Source: a virus
Taxonomy: Duplodnaviria; Caudoviricetes
Reading direction: 5' to 3' (one strand)
DNA: 64,000 nucleotides
IMG/VR virus record: IMGVR_UViG_3300014204_005796
Coordinates: 42,710 to 106,709 of that record
Both the position numbers and the translations under genes were made by a program. The notes beneath the pieces were generated by a model. The model had not been told where the DNA came from. It searched no databases and was given only the letters and a program-made list of their open reading frames with translations. Below, piece by piece: positions 49,212 through 58,022 of this stretch (its first letter is position 1; every line of letters begins with the position of its first letter).

Positions 49212-49835
49212 TTATTTCTCCCTGCGGGTTTTGCCCGTTAAATCTGGAATTTCTCCTATGCGGAAATCCGTGATACCGTGTTTATGCAGCAGTTCTGCAC
49301 AGGCATCACATATGTAGGTATGCCCAAGCAAATAGAGTTTTGCTCCGGTGGCAGCAGACCCGGCTTTACTTATAACGTCCGCTTCTGCATGCCCACGCTG
49401 GTGGCATACTTTTTTGCATAAGTCATAACCAGTACCGGACTTCATATGTTGTTCTTCTCTGGGGCAGTCCAGCTGAGGAGACGCCACCCAGTTAGAACCA
49501 ACCCAGTAAGCATCATCTTTGACAAGTATGGCAACAACATGCTGCTTACTGCAGCGCTGCTTATAATGCTTATCAATTTCTTCCATGAGCATAACCTTAG
49601 TGCGTAAGGCTTCTATACGCATCTGAATCTCCTTTTTCTTTTCTCCAGTATATGTAATGGAACGATTGCCATGCCAATATGTGTCGCCGCATTTAACACA
49701 GGCGTATATAGGTTGTTCCCAAATATCGTCCATCTTTACAAAAATCATGTCTCCAAGGAAGCCACAGCCACAAAGTCCCCGAACGGGTTGCTTATAATCT
49801 GGTGTCGTCTTTGACATAGGCGAGATACTCCTCAA
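49212..49835 (-). CDS. dCMP deaminase family protein
   Basis: CSKQHVVA, GSN, HAE, CDAC. Confidence 0.8.
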   Translation of the reverse strand: MRSISPMSKTTPDYKQPVRGLCGCGFLGDMIFVKMDDIWEQPIYACVKCGDTYWHGNRSITYTGEKKKEIQMRIEALRTKVMLMEEIDKHYKQRCSKQHVVAILVKDDAYWVGSNWVASPQLDCPREEQHMKSGTGYDLCKKVCHQRGHAEADVISKAGSAATGAKLYLLGHTYICDACAELLHKHGITDFRIGEIPDLTGKTRREK

Positions 49836-50304
49836 CTTGTTTTAGATTATTCTGTATAGTAGCCAAACGCTTATTGTCTTTCTGTCTGGCGTGCATAACT
49901 TTTGAATTTTCTAAAGTAAGTGCCATGCGTAAGTAGCTTCGGGCGTCTTCTAAGAGTTTTACATGTTTTTTCATGTCAGCCTTTAAAGCGCGTTTATACT
50001 TATCACGGTGCTTTGGATACACCATAGGCAGCATTTCAATACGCTCATCGTAGTTTATAGCAGCTAACCACTTTAAATAAACATAGTACCCAAAGTTATT
50101 ATACCTCCAGGATGCCCAACCGGCTTTACCCAGCTGAAGCGCAAGAGTCCCAGCTTGTATCGTATAAGACCGCGCTGTCTCCATATCATCTTTTGCAATA
50201 GCCGCCTTAGCTAATTTTGATGCGACCTTATAGTCCTCTAAAGTGCCAGCAGCGGCTGTACACGCAAAGAACAGTACTAAAAAACTAATAAAATACTTTT
50301 TCAT
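49792..50304 (-). CDS. Secreted helical (TPR-like) protein
   Basis: Signal peptide MKKYFISFLVLFFACTAAA. Confidence 0.6.
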   Translation of the reverse strand: MKKYFISFLVLFFACTAAAGTLEDYKVASKLAKAAIAKDDMETARSYTIQAGTLALQLGKAGWASWRYNNFGYYVYLKWLAAINYDERIEMLPMVYPKHRDKYKRALKADMKKHVKLLEDARSYLRMALTLENSKVMHARQKDNKRLATIQNNLKQVEEYLAYVKDDTRL

Positions 50305-50306
50305 TA

Positions 50307-50876
50307 TTACCTCCCAAGTCCTTTGTTAAGAACGTCAAAAAATTTTGACTGCTCACCAAATTTTGCGTCTCTAAATTTATTTGAAACTTTATCCCACAAA
50401 GTCCAGTCTCCTTGTACGTTACATATTATTTTGCTGTTCCCAATGTTAAATACTAAACCATTTCCAGTCAGCATTCCGGCCAGCTGTTCTATAGATAAGT
50501 ACAGTGAGGATACGGCTACGTCCGTCGGACCAGTAAATTCAAAGTGTACGACGGGTTCTGTAAACGGACCACTGTCTGGAACATCGGCTGACCAAAAATT
50601 TCCTGAGGCTTTTAGTCCGGCATTCACCATCTTATTTACAAAATCATTTAAGTTACCGCCGGCTTTAACATTTGTGCCATACGCGGTGCCACTCCCGCCG
50701 GATAAACTTACTGTGTTCGTTGGTAAAGCAAAATTTACCAGTCGGTTCGTGGTAGATGTATGATACTCCCTATGGGCGTCCTTAGCTTCCAGGAACGCGT
50801 CTAATTCAGTTAAGTTTATTCCGTGTGGAGGCATCTTTAGTTGTATCCTTTCCTTCATGGGCACGCAAGTGTTCAA
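50307..50876 (-). CDS. Hypothetical protein, SxxxFxxE-motif family (variant)
   Basis: VAVSSLYLSIEQ. Confidence 0.7.
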   Translation of the reverse strand: MNTCVPMKERIQLKMPPHGINLTELDAFLEAKDAHREYHTSTTNRLVNFALPTNTVSLSGGSGTAYGTNVKAGGNLNDFVNKMVNAGLKASGNFWSADVPDSGPFTEPVVHFEFTGPTDVAVSSLYLSIEQLAGMLTGNGLVFNIGNSKIICNVQGDWTLWDKVSNKFRDAKFGEQSKFFDVLNKGLGR

Positions 50877-51163
50877 GCTTTGTGTCCAGCTCTTTTGTTA
50901 CCATTTCAAAGTTAAGCGCATGTACTACCTTGCACTCAGGAAGGTCCCTATCCGGGTATATCTCAATAACAAAGTGACTCTTATCGGGAGCCTTGTCGCC
51001 AAACTCTTTTTTAAATGAAGCTACCTGAAACCTTACTTCGGACCTTGACTCCAGACGTATAAGGAGCTCATTGATTTCTTTTATCTTGTCTGCAATTATG
51101 TGTACCTGCTCCGTGAACTTTTTATTGATTTTTGCCATGTTAGCCTCCACAATGAGTATTATA

Positions 51164-52288
51164 CTATTTTTTATTCCTAAAGTCAAATAAAACTTTAGCG
51201 TAAAAATCCACCCACTGCTGGGCTATCTTACCTTGGTTGAAGTTCTGGCGGATGAACGTGGCAGCAGTTTTTCCTAATTTATCACGTGTTGGCTTATCAT
51301 GAATAAGGTCTTCAAGAGTTTTAAACCAGCGCTTATATGTTGCCCCACGAGCCTTAACCAGAATGCCATTAACACCATCGCGCACCGTTGTATTATATGC
51401 TGTAACATCAGAAGCCACAACAGCGATACCCTGAGAGCCACCTTCCAAGAATTTAAGGTTCGACTTACACGTGTTAAACGGTATGTCTGCAAGTGGAGTG
51501 ATAAGTATGTCAACGTCACGTAGGCTCTTATAGTACTCCATCATATCATTAACAAAAGGTAAAACAATCAGCTGGTCCTGCGGCAGGTCCTTAAGCAGAG
51601 GACAAGTCGGCCAGCCACCAAACTTAAACCGTACGTTTTTATACTTTTTGAGAAGGTCGGCAATAACCGGAAATACAACTTCCAGGTCTACAAGATGTGT
51701 TGCACTTCCAAACCAGCCAATAATGATATCATCATGTGGAGTCTTTGCCGGCAGTTGGTCAATAATTTCAAATTCTATGGCATTTGGTATTACTGTGATG
51801 TTAGGATTATAAGGAGCATATAACTGTTTAAGCGGTTCGGTACTAACCGTCATAGCGTCCATTTTTGACATATAGCGTAAGGAATTCATAATGCGCTCTT
51901 TGGTGTAATACAAGGCTGACTGAGACCTGCGATCTACATGAAGAAAGTCATCATCTGCCTCATAGACCATAACAGGATTGACGGACTTACGCATACGTTC
52001 AACCCACCCAAGATTGTTGAAGTCGTTCTGGCGCTGATGTACCACCACGTCCCATGCAGGGTCGTCAGGCCCGGGGTCTGCGTCGGGTCCTATCATGAAA
52101 CCGCTGACAATCTGATTAACTTTGGCAGGAAAGTTCTTATTAATTCTGTTTGCCGGCTGGCGCCCACGATACCACGCGCAGCCTGTAGAGTCTGCCGCCA
52201 AAAACATAACCTTTAAAGCGCTTGGCTGCAGTGAGTCTAAACCATAGAGATATCTCTGTAGCTGCGCAAAATCCCGGTCGGTATACAT
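51164..52288 (-). CDS. Glycosyltransferase (GT-B, family 4-like)
   Basis: GCAWYR, DDDF, VST, IPNAI, IGWFGS, FNTCKSNLKFLE, VVASD, DGVNG. Confidence 0.88.
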   Translation of the reverse strand: MYTDRDFAQLQRYLYGLDSLQPSALKVMFLAADSTGCAWYRGRQPANRINKNFPAKVNQIVSGFMIGPDADPGPDDPAWDVVVHQRQNDFNNLGWVERMRKSVNPVMVYEADDDFLHVDRRSQSALYYTKERIMNSLRYMSKMDAMTVSTEPLKQLYAPYNPNITVIPNAIEFEIIDQLPAKTPHDDIIIGWFGSATHLVDLEVVFPVIADLLKKYKNVRFKFGGWPTCPLLKDLPQDQLIVLPFVNDMMEYYKSLRDVDILITPLADIPFNTCKSNLKFLEGGSQGIAVVASDVTAYNTTVRDGVNGILVKARGATYKRWFKTLEDLIHDKPTRDKLGKTAATFIRQNFNQGKIAQQWVDFYAKVLFDFRNKK

Positions 52289-52516
52289 TATTGTGGCACC
52301 GCCGTACGCTTATTATAGTTTGAAAGTATCTCCATAATGGCCTGGTCCATAGTGTCACCCATCTTTGTAGTGCCCTTCATAAAGCCTGCGCAAAGCTCCG
52401 GGCTATTTACAAGTTTTTCATACGGCCCAGTAATCTCGTACTCTATCTCGATGTGCGTATAGTTTCCTGTATTGTACCTGCGCATTACCCGTATCTTGCC
52501 GCCTAATTCTTCCATG

Positions 52517-53155
52517 TTATCTCCCTTCGTTTAGCTGATTTGTGTTTGATGAACGACGTTCACCCTCGTATACCGATTTGAACAAGAAGTACATATTCTG
52601 GCAGTAATCATACGCCGCGTTTACTATTTCACCTGCTGCCCGTATAGAAGCGAGTTCATCAATCTTCTGCTGGTACGTCGTATCCTGGCGAGCTTCTGCG
52701 TCGCGCTTATCTGCTGATGTTCCCAGGGCCTTGCTCAAAGCAGAACCATACACTTTCTTAACTTCACTTTCAAGTTTTTCTCCGGTGTACCTAAGCAGTG
52801 CTTTGTATCTGGAAATGTACGCCGATATGGCTGCGCCTTGTATTGAAAACATCATAGCTGCTACCGGGTCAACGAAACCTTTAATCTCGTCGCACTCCTG
52901 TTTGAACAACTCAAAGTTTGACAGGTCTATCTCATCTACAGATACAATACGGGATACCAGGTTCTTTACGCCACCGTCAACCACGTCCACACTCGCCATG
53001 GCCAGAATAGCCTCAGGTTTTGTCGCACTAAGCGGCTGGTCAAATTTTACGTGGTACTTGGTACTGCCAATAAGTCTTACTACTATTCCGGCGTCTCCTG
53101 CGCGGGCCAGAAGCTCTGTTCCATCTACGATATCGTGCTTAAGCTTTACTATCAT
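52517..53155 (-). CDS. Hypothetical protein, C-terminus UvsY-like (tentative)
   Basis: Helical C-terminal half with TSADKRDAEA...YQ pattern. Confidence 0.35.
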   Translation of the reverse strand: MIVKLKHDIVDGTELLARAGDAGIVVRLIGSTKYHVKFDQPLSATKPEAILAMASVDVVDGGVKNLVSRIVSVDEIDLSNFELFKQECDEIKGFVDPVAAMMFSIQGAAISAYISRYKALLRYTGEKLESEVKKVYGSALSKALGTSADKRDAEARQDTTYQQKIDELASIRAAGEIVNAAYDYCQNMYFLFKSVYEGERRSSNTNQLNEGR

Positions 53156-54227
53156 AATTCCTCCTAAGGTTCTGGAATGGTATTTACGTGTTCTTTTATC
53201 TCATCTGCCGTGACAGCAAGCTCATTAAGTTGTCTTCTAAACTTTTCTGCAAGCGCCGGGGGCAAATTTCCTTTAATCTCCACGCGCCTATATGCTGCCG
53301 CAACATTGTTTATATAGCCATTAATGCTCTCGGCTATTTGTACAAGGATTTTCATATAGGCCTCCTCGCACTCACTTTAAGCGCTGTATCATAGAGAGCA
53401 TCTTTCTTGGCACGTTCATCTGCCTGTTCGTGCTCTGCGCCCTCGCTTACGTTCTTTACGTCCAAGCTGAGTCTGGATATTTCCTGCTTAGCAGCTTCCA
53501 GCTGCTTCTTGAGTTCCTCATTTTCCCTAAGGAGCATACCACGTTCACTGAAAAGGTTAGCGTAGGACTCTTCCGCAGGATTACGCGGAGCTACAGGAAC
53601 CGCAGGCGGTGGCAAGTACGGTTTAGGGCTTTCTTCGTTTGTCTTTGACACGATTCTTTCCTCCTTCAAATTTTTTCTCACCCTGCTTTATCATCTTCTC
53701 TGTAAGCAGCATGAAACGCTTGAGTAGTTCATAAGGCAGACGTATAACGAAGGTCCAGTATGCGACCTGCGCCATTTGAGTTTTAGCCATCATGACTACT
53801 TCGAATTCCTGCGTCTTGTAGTCGAAGGCCATGTAGTGTACCATGTCCTGTTCAAGTTCAACTGAGGTGTTTATAAGCGTGCGCAGACCCAGACACTTTT
53901 TGAAGAGTTCACCTTGTTCCATGTTTTTCCTCCCCAGGACATGTCATAGCTGTCTTGCGCCGTTCTTTAGGAAGTTCTACTATGTGAGCTTCCAAAGTCA
54001 ACCACGTAGTTTCACCCGGAATGAAACATAGGTTTCTTTGCGTATAAATATCAGAATGGCATCGAATAGTGTTACGATATTTGTTCAATTTCACGTCGAG
54101 GGCATTGTCGTCCAGCAGCGTTTTATTTCCGTACTTAATAAGTAAACGCTTTTCTTGGGATTTTAACTTTTTGGCCATATTTGTCCTTTCAGGTTTTAAA
54201 TGTTCTCATGTATATTATACGACAAAT

Positions 54228-54689
54228 TTACTTCGAGACTATGATAAATCTTTCGTCCAAAAGACCGGCCAGTATTGGCTTCACTTCAGACTCCCAGTTC
54301 AGGCCGCCGTTGCCACAGCCAGGGCGAGGAATCACTATGGATTTCCACTTCTTTTTATTCTCCGGCAGGTTCGCGAGATTGACAAGCTGCTTCATTGAGT
54401 TCTCAATAAGCACCTTGTCCGCCTTAAGATAGTACTGTGACTTTACCGGAAGGGTTCCGACCTGGAACTCTTCAAGGTACATGACCTGGTTGCCATACTT
54501 ACGCACAGCCTGGCCCAACACCACGTGAATACCCGGGAATTTATCGTACGCTTCTTTCGCGCACCCCTTTCCCATTACTAAGTCGTTGTTCTGTTTCAGG
54601 GTGCCATTGGTCGTTATAAAAACCGCGGTCCCCGGCTGCTCATGGTAACTCCACAAATCAGCCTTTGCTTCTTTGAATTTTACGTCCAT
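54228..54689 (-). CDS. Macrodomain (ADP-ribose-binding/hydrolase, DarG-like) protein
   Basis: DLW, TTNG, VMGKGCA, LPVK, PRPGCGNGGLNW. Confidence 0.85.
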   Translation of the reverse strand: MDVKFKEAKADLWSYHEQPGTAVFITTNGTLKQNNDLVMGKGCAKEAYDKFPGIHVVLGQAVRKYGNQVMYLEEFQVGTLPVKSQYYLKADKVLIENSMKQLVNLANLPENKKKWKSIVIPRPGCGNGGLNWESEVKPILAGLLDERFIIVSK

Positions 54690-54799
54690 ATTACGCCTCC
54701 TTTACTTGCCAGCCGAATTTTAATGCCAATTGAAAAATAATCTCGTGCGTTAAATCCAATTCCTGACCGAAATACATTTCTGCCATATCACGCTGCCTT

Positions 54800-55288
54800 T
54801 CAGTAGAGAGTGTCTATCCGAATCGGTTTGTAATCTGTTTGTTCAACAGACACATTAACATACGAAGCACTATCCATCTTTTTGTCATGGATGTGTCCGT
54901 GAATGTTCTTATAAGGCATTTTGTCATTTAGAAACACAATGTCATGTGATAGAATGTAAAATTTGTTATAGATGATTGGATATTCAAAGACTCGATGGAA
55001 GCCAACGTCAAGCCAATATTGGATGGACTTCTTACGGTCGTGGTTACCAAGCACCAGGATCTTATGTCCGGGAAGATTGGTAATTACGTTTTTAAGCCTC
55101 TCTTTGGGGTACGCCCCGCTTAGAGCCACGTCTCCAAGGTTGATAATAGTGTCATTGCCCCGGACGGTATTCCGCCAATTCTTAAGTATCAGCTTGTCCA
55201 TTTCCTCCGCAGTCGCGAAGGGCCGGTTGCAATACTTAATTATGTTTGCGTGCCCGAGATGCAGGTCGGACCAAATGTAAGCTGCCAT
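54800..55288 (-). CDS. Calcineurin-like metallophosphoesterase
   Basis: SDLH, LGD, GNHD, SH, HGHIH. Confidence 0.9.
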   Translation of the reverse strand: MAAYIWSDLHLGHANIIKYCNRPFATAEEMDKLILKNWRNTVRGNDTIINLGDVALSGAYPKERLKNVITNLPGHKILVLGNHDRKKSIQYWLDVGFHRVFEYPIIYNKFYILSHDIVFLNDKMPYKNIHGHIHDKKMDSASYVNVSVEQTDYKPIRIDTLY

Positions 55289-55315
55289 AAATCTCCTTTC
55301 AGTTTCTATAAGTTT

Positions 55316-55392
55316 TGGTCCGAGTGGGAGGATTCGAACCTCCGGCCCCCTGCGCCCAAGGCAGGTGCGCTAGCCAGCTGCGCTACACTCGG
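55316..55392 (-). tRNA. tRNA-Pro(TGG)
   Basis: Cloverleaf; CCTGC-CTTGGGC-GCAGG; encoded CCA. Confidence 0.95.
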
Positions 55393-55401
55393 TTGTAATT
55401 C

Positions 55402-55476
55402 TGGTGCCCTATGATGGAATTGAACCACCGTCTCAGATTTAGGAAATCCGTGTTCTATCCGTTATACTAATAGGGC
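55402..55476 (-). tRNA. tRNA-Arg(CCT)
   Basis: CGGAT-TTCCTAA-ATCTG; CCA. Confidence 0.92.
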
Positions 55477-55478
55477 GT

Positions 55479-55553
55479 TGGTGCGCTCGGGAAGAATCGA
55501 ACTCCCGTCTGAGAGATAGAAGCCCCCGGCCCGGTCCACTGGACGACGAGCGC
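55479..55553 (-). tRNA. tRNA-Arg(TCT)
   Basis: GGGGG-CTTCTAT-CTCTC; CCA. Confidence 0.9.
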
Positions 55554-55557
55554 ATTA

Positions 55558-56250
55558 TTAATCCCACCAATACTCTATCCACTTCTCAAGTTCGGAAAAG
55601 AACTTGTGCTTAGCATTAACACGGCGCGTTTCTACCTTACGCCGCATACGATGGTAAAGCTTGTTTATTTTCTTATAACCTGCCTGGCCTTCCCAAATGG
55701 TTTTGTCTTTCTTTTTAAAGCCCATTTCGCAAACCGACGTACGTATCTGCCCATCTTTACATGGCGCACCGGGTTTGTCTCCACGCATAGTTAAATCACC
55801 GTACTTCTGTGTAAACTCCAAGTATAAAGGATCAGTAAAGTCATTGTCCATTCCTGTATGCATGTATGTTAATATCTTTCTTATATGCTTAGCATACTTT
55901 TTGCCATTCACATGGCTGCTGTGTTCCTGCGCATGTGCCAGCTCCAACATCTTCTTCTCCATCACCTGGTACAAACCTTCCCAGTACCAGTCGTCGTTCT
56001 TGAACATAAATACCGCCCATGACAAGCTGCGACCCAAACGTTTTGGAAGCATATGTATCCCGGCGGTTATACTCGACCATATATCCTTAATATGGTATGC
56101 CATATAGTCGCACCACTCCTGCAGTGGAGTTCTTTTCTGAGACTTTTTCCAGCTCTCATAAGATTGGTCCTGCACGGGTTTGTTAGGACAGGCCTCACGA
56201 TGCACGCCGTACATTATTCCGCATTTCTTACACTGGTTTTTTCTGCTCAT
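55558..56250 (-). CDS. Hypothetical protein
   Basis: 230-aa ORF within the tRNA cluster. Confidence 0.7.
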   Translation of the reverse strand: MSRKNQCKKCGIMYGVHREACPNKPVQDQSYESWKKSQKRTPLQEWCDYMAYHIKDIWSSITAGIHMLPKRLGRSLSWAVFMFKNDDWYWEGLYQVMEKKMLELAHAQEHSSHVNGKKYAKHIRKILTYMHTGMDNDFTDPLYLEFTQKYGDLTMRGDKPGAPCKDGQIRTSVCEMGFKKKDKTIWEGQAGYKKINKLYHRMRRKVETRRVNAKHKFFSELEKWIEYWWD

Positions 56251-56402
56251 TATGCCACCGCCCCGGTAGAAAATATACTATTATAGTATGACTCATGCTC
56301 TACTTCATTGCCAGCGTTCTGCTCGTATAAATCCAGCGCTTCATCCACGGTAAGTACGTCCCAACATTCTGCTATTGTATTACACCACAGTATATCCCAC
56401 AT
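56250..56402 (-). CDS. 50-aa acidic protein downstream of tRNA-Cys
   Basis: TGAAAGGAGA SD directly after the CCA. Confidence 0.6.
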   Translation of the reverse strand: MWDILWCNTIAECWDVLTVDEALDLYEQNAGNEVEHESYYNSIFSTGAVA

Positions 56403-56420
56403 AAATTCTCCTTTCAAATT

Positions 56421-56495
56421 TGGAGAGCGAAGCTGGATTTGCACCAAGCCTACTCGGTTTTGCAGACCGACACCTAACTACTCGGTCATTCGCTC
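56421..56495 (-). tRNA. tRNA-Cys(GCA)
   Basis: TCGGT-CTGCAAA-ACCGA; U73; CCA. Confidence 0.92.
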
Positions 56496-56499
56496 TATC

Positions 56500-56538
56500 T
56501 GGCTGCTGGGGGTGGGGTCGAACCACCATAGCCAGCGT
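56500..56538 (-). pseudogene. 3' fragment of a disrupted tRNA (Gln-like)
   Basis: AC-GCTGG-CTAT-GGTGG-TTCGACC-CCACC-CCCAGCA-G-CCA. Confidence 0.8.
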
Positions 56539-56545
56539 ATTATTC

Positions 56546-56810
56546 TTAATCAACTATCTTATATTCAAAACATTCCAAAAATTTAGATTTGGATATTACG
56601 AAGCTTTCATTACAGGGTCCTCGACGTATGTTTCCAAAATATTTTTTATGGTCGGCGTCGCTTAAACATACATGGTACAAACGTCCAGCCGCACTCGTTA
56701 AAATACCATCGAGCGGTATTATGGTTCCTTTCAGACACCATACTTGACCTTCATTATCACCCTGGCATACGTCTCGAACACATACATACATAACGTTTTT
56801 TCTGCTCCAT
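56546..56810 (-). pseudogene. Frameshifted small gene with (TATG)3 tract
   Basis: The SD-linked ATG at 56810 is out of frame with the 81-aa ORF; removing one TATG restores MEQKKRYVCVRDVC... Confidence 0.6.
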
Positions 56811-56828
56811 AAATTCTCCTTTCAAATT

Positions 56829-56904
56829 TGGTTCCGGAAGTAGGAGTCGGACCTACAATCTCCAGGGCCAGAACCTGGCGTGTTACCAATTACACTATTC
56901 CGGA
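56829..56904 (-). tRNA. tRNA-Gln(CTG)
   Basis: CCAGG-TTCTGGC-CCTGG; T1-A72; CCA; 5' end overlaps the HNH stop codon. Confidence 0.92.
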
Positions 56905-57623
56905 ATATTTCCGCGCCCGGTCTTAAGCCACTTATGCACCGCTACGTCGCTTACGCCGTATTTTCTTCCTGTGGCGCTGTATCCGTTCGCGGACACTTCT
57001 GATCTAAGACGCAACAATGAAGACCTATTTATAACCTTTCTGCGCATTTTATTAGCACAACTGTAGCATATACCCAATTTTCCCTTTCCGGCTATCTCTG
57101 TCTTGCATCGCGTACAAAAATGTTTGGGTCGCGGCTGCTGGTGTACGTTACGCCCGCTAAATGTTTCTGTTTGTGAGTGACAATTTGGACATAGCATTTT
57201 TAAATTCTCTAGTCTATTATCCATATTGTCACCGTTTACGTGATCCACTTGAAGTACTAAAACTTTCCCGTTCCACGTACTATCCTGGCCGCACATGGCA
57301 CATTTATGCATGTTTACACCACGACGTTGTAGTCGTACTTTTAATTGTGCGCCACTAATCTTTCGTCCTTTAACAAAGAATTCACTATCAGGTAACGGTG
57401 CCCGAATGCCCATAAGTACTGCGGCCTGCAACTTAAAGTTATTAGCACTTACCTGTTTGTACAATCCCAATTTCTGCAAACGTTCCTTAAGCCCGGTATA
57501 GGCCGTACCGGCCACACGCAGGCCTAGCGCCATAATTATTTTCTGCGACGTCTGCTCACGCAAAACCACGTCCGTAAACTCTGCATCTGTCAAAGACCAA
57601 ATCTTAGATCTTTTATGTCTCAT
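56895..57623 (-). CDS. HNH homing endonuclease
   Basis: CAMCG...LQVDHVNGDNMDNRLENLKMLCPNCH; C-terminal Zn ribbon and HTH. Confidence 0.92.
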   Translation of the reverse strand: MRHKRSKIWSLTDAEFTDVVLREQTSQKIIMALGLRVAGTAYTGLKERLQKLGLYKQVSANNFKLQAAVLMGIRAPLPDSEFFVKGRKISGAQLKVRLQRRGVNMHKCAMCGQDSTWNGKVLVLQVDHVNGDNMDNRLENLKMLCPNCHSQTETFSGRNVHQQPRPKHFCTRCKTEIAGKGKLGICYSCANKMRRKVINRSSLLRLRSEVSANGYSATGRKYGVSDVAVHKWLKTGRGNIPE

Positions 57624-57624
57624 C

Positions 57625-57686
57625 GTATAACCTCCGAACCTTCATTAGGTTATACCAAGTATAGCACCTACCAGTTAGACTGCCAA
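57625..57686 (-). promoter_or_regulatory. Promoter plus SD-sequestering hairpin for the HNH gene
   Basis: TTGGCA-N17(TG)-TATACT at 57658-57686; 9-bp stem GTATAACCT/AGGTTATAC covering GGAGG. Confidence 0.6.
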
Positions 57687-57701
57687 TTCCTCAACCCAGC
57701 A
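57678..57701 (-). pseudogene. 5' fragment of the disrupted tRNA
   Basis: TGCTGGG-TT-GAGG-AATTGGCA; TGCTGGG pairs 7/7 with CCCAGCA at 56504-56510. Confidence 0.75.
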
Positions 57702-57704
57702 ACA

Positions 57705-58022
57705 TTACAACACCTTAGGCTTGTTTAAGCAGCATCTCTGAATGCGCTTCGCTTCGTCTAAGTATATCTGGGGATTTTTAAATGGTATGAACTTGAACCC
57801 CCGTTTCTTTAGCAGCCTGTACATTTCCATATTCTCATTATAAGCTATCTGCGCATTCTCAAGGCTGCCAAAAGAGTCACAAAAGTAATAACCTGGTCCG
57901 GATGAGTCACCCATTACGTAGCAATCATACGGGTCGCACGCTTTCAAAGCGTCGATAAAAACTACTGTGCATACTGCTAAGAGGATACCGAGCATGCTGA
58001 AGAGCTGTGTTCTTGTACGCAT
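57705..58022 (-). CDS. Membrane-anchored hypothetical protein
   Basis: N-terminal TM segment. Confidence 0.55.
   Translation of the reverse strand: MRTRTQLFSMLGILLAVCTVVFIDALKACDPYDCYVMGDSSGPGYYFCDSFGSLENAQIAYNENMEMYRLLKKRGFKFIPFKNPQIYLDEAKRIQRCCLNKPKVL

Noticed and set aside
56539-57677. Group I intron interrupting the split tRNA
   Set aside because: I found no recognisable P7/core elements, the insert is almost fully occupied by ORFs and a tRNA, and the anticodon segment is missing rather than cleanly interrupted. An Infernal search would settle it.
56500-57701. tmRNA (one- or two-piece)
   Set aside because: The acceptor lacks G3:U70 and the GGGG 5' end, and the discriminator is G.
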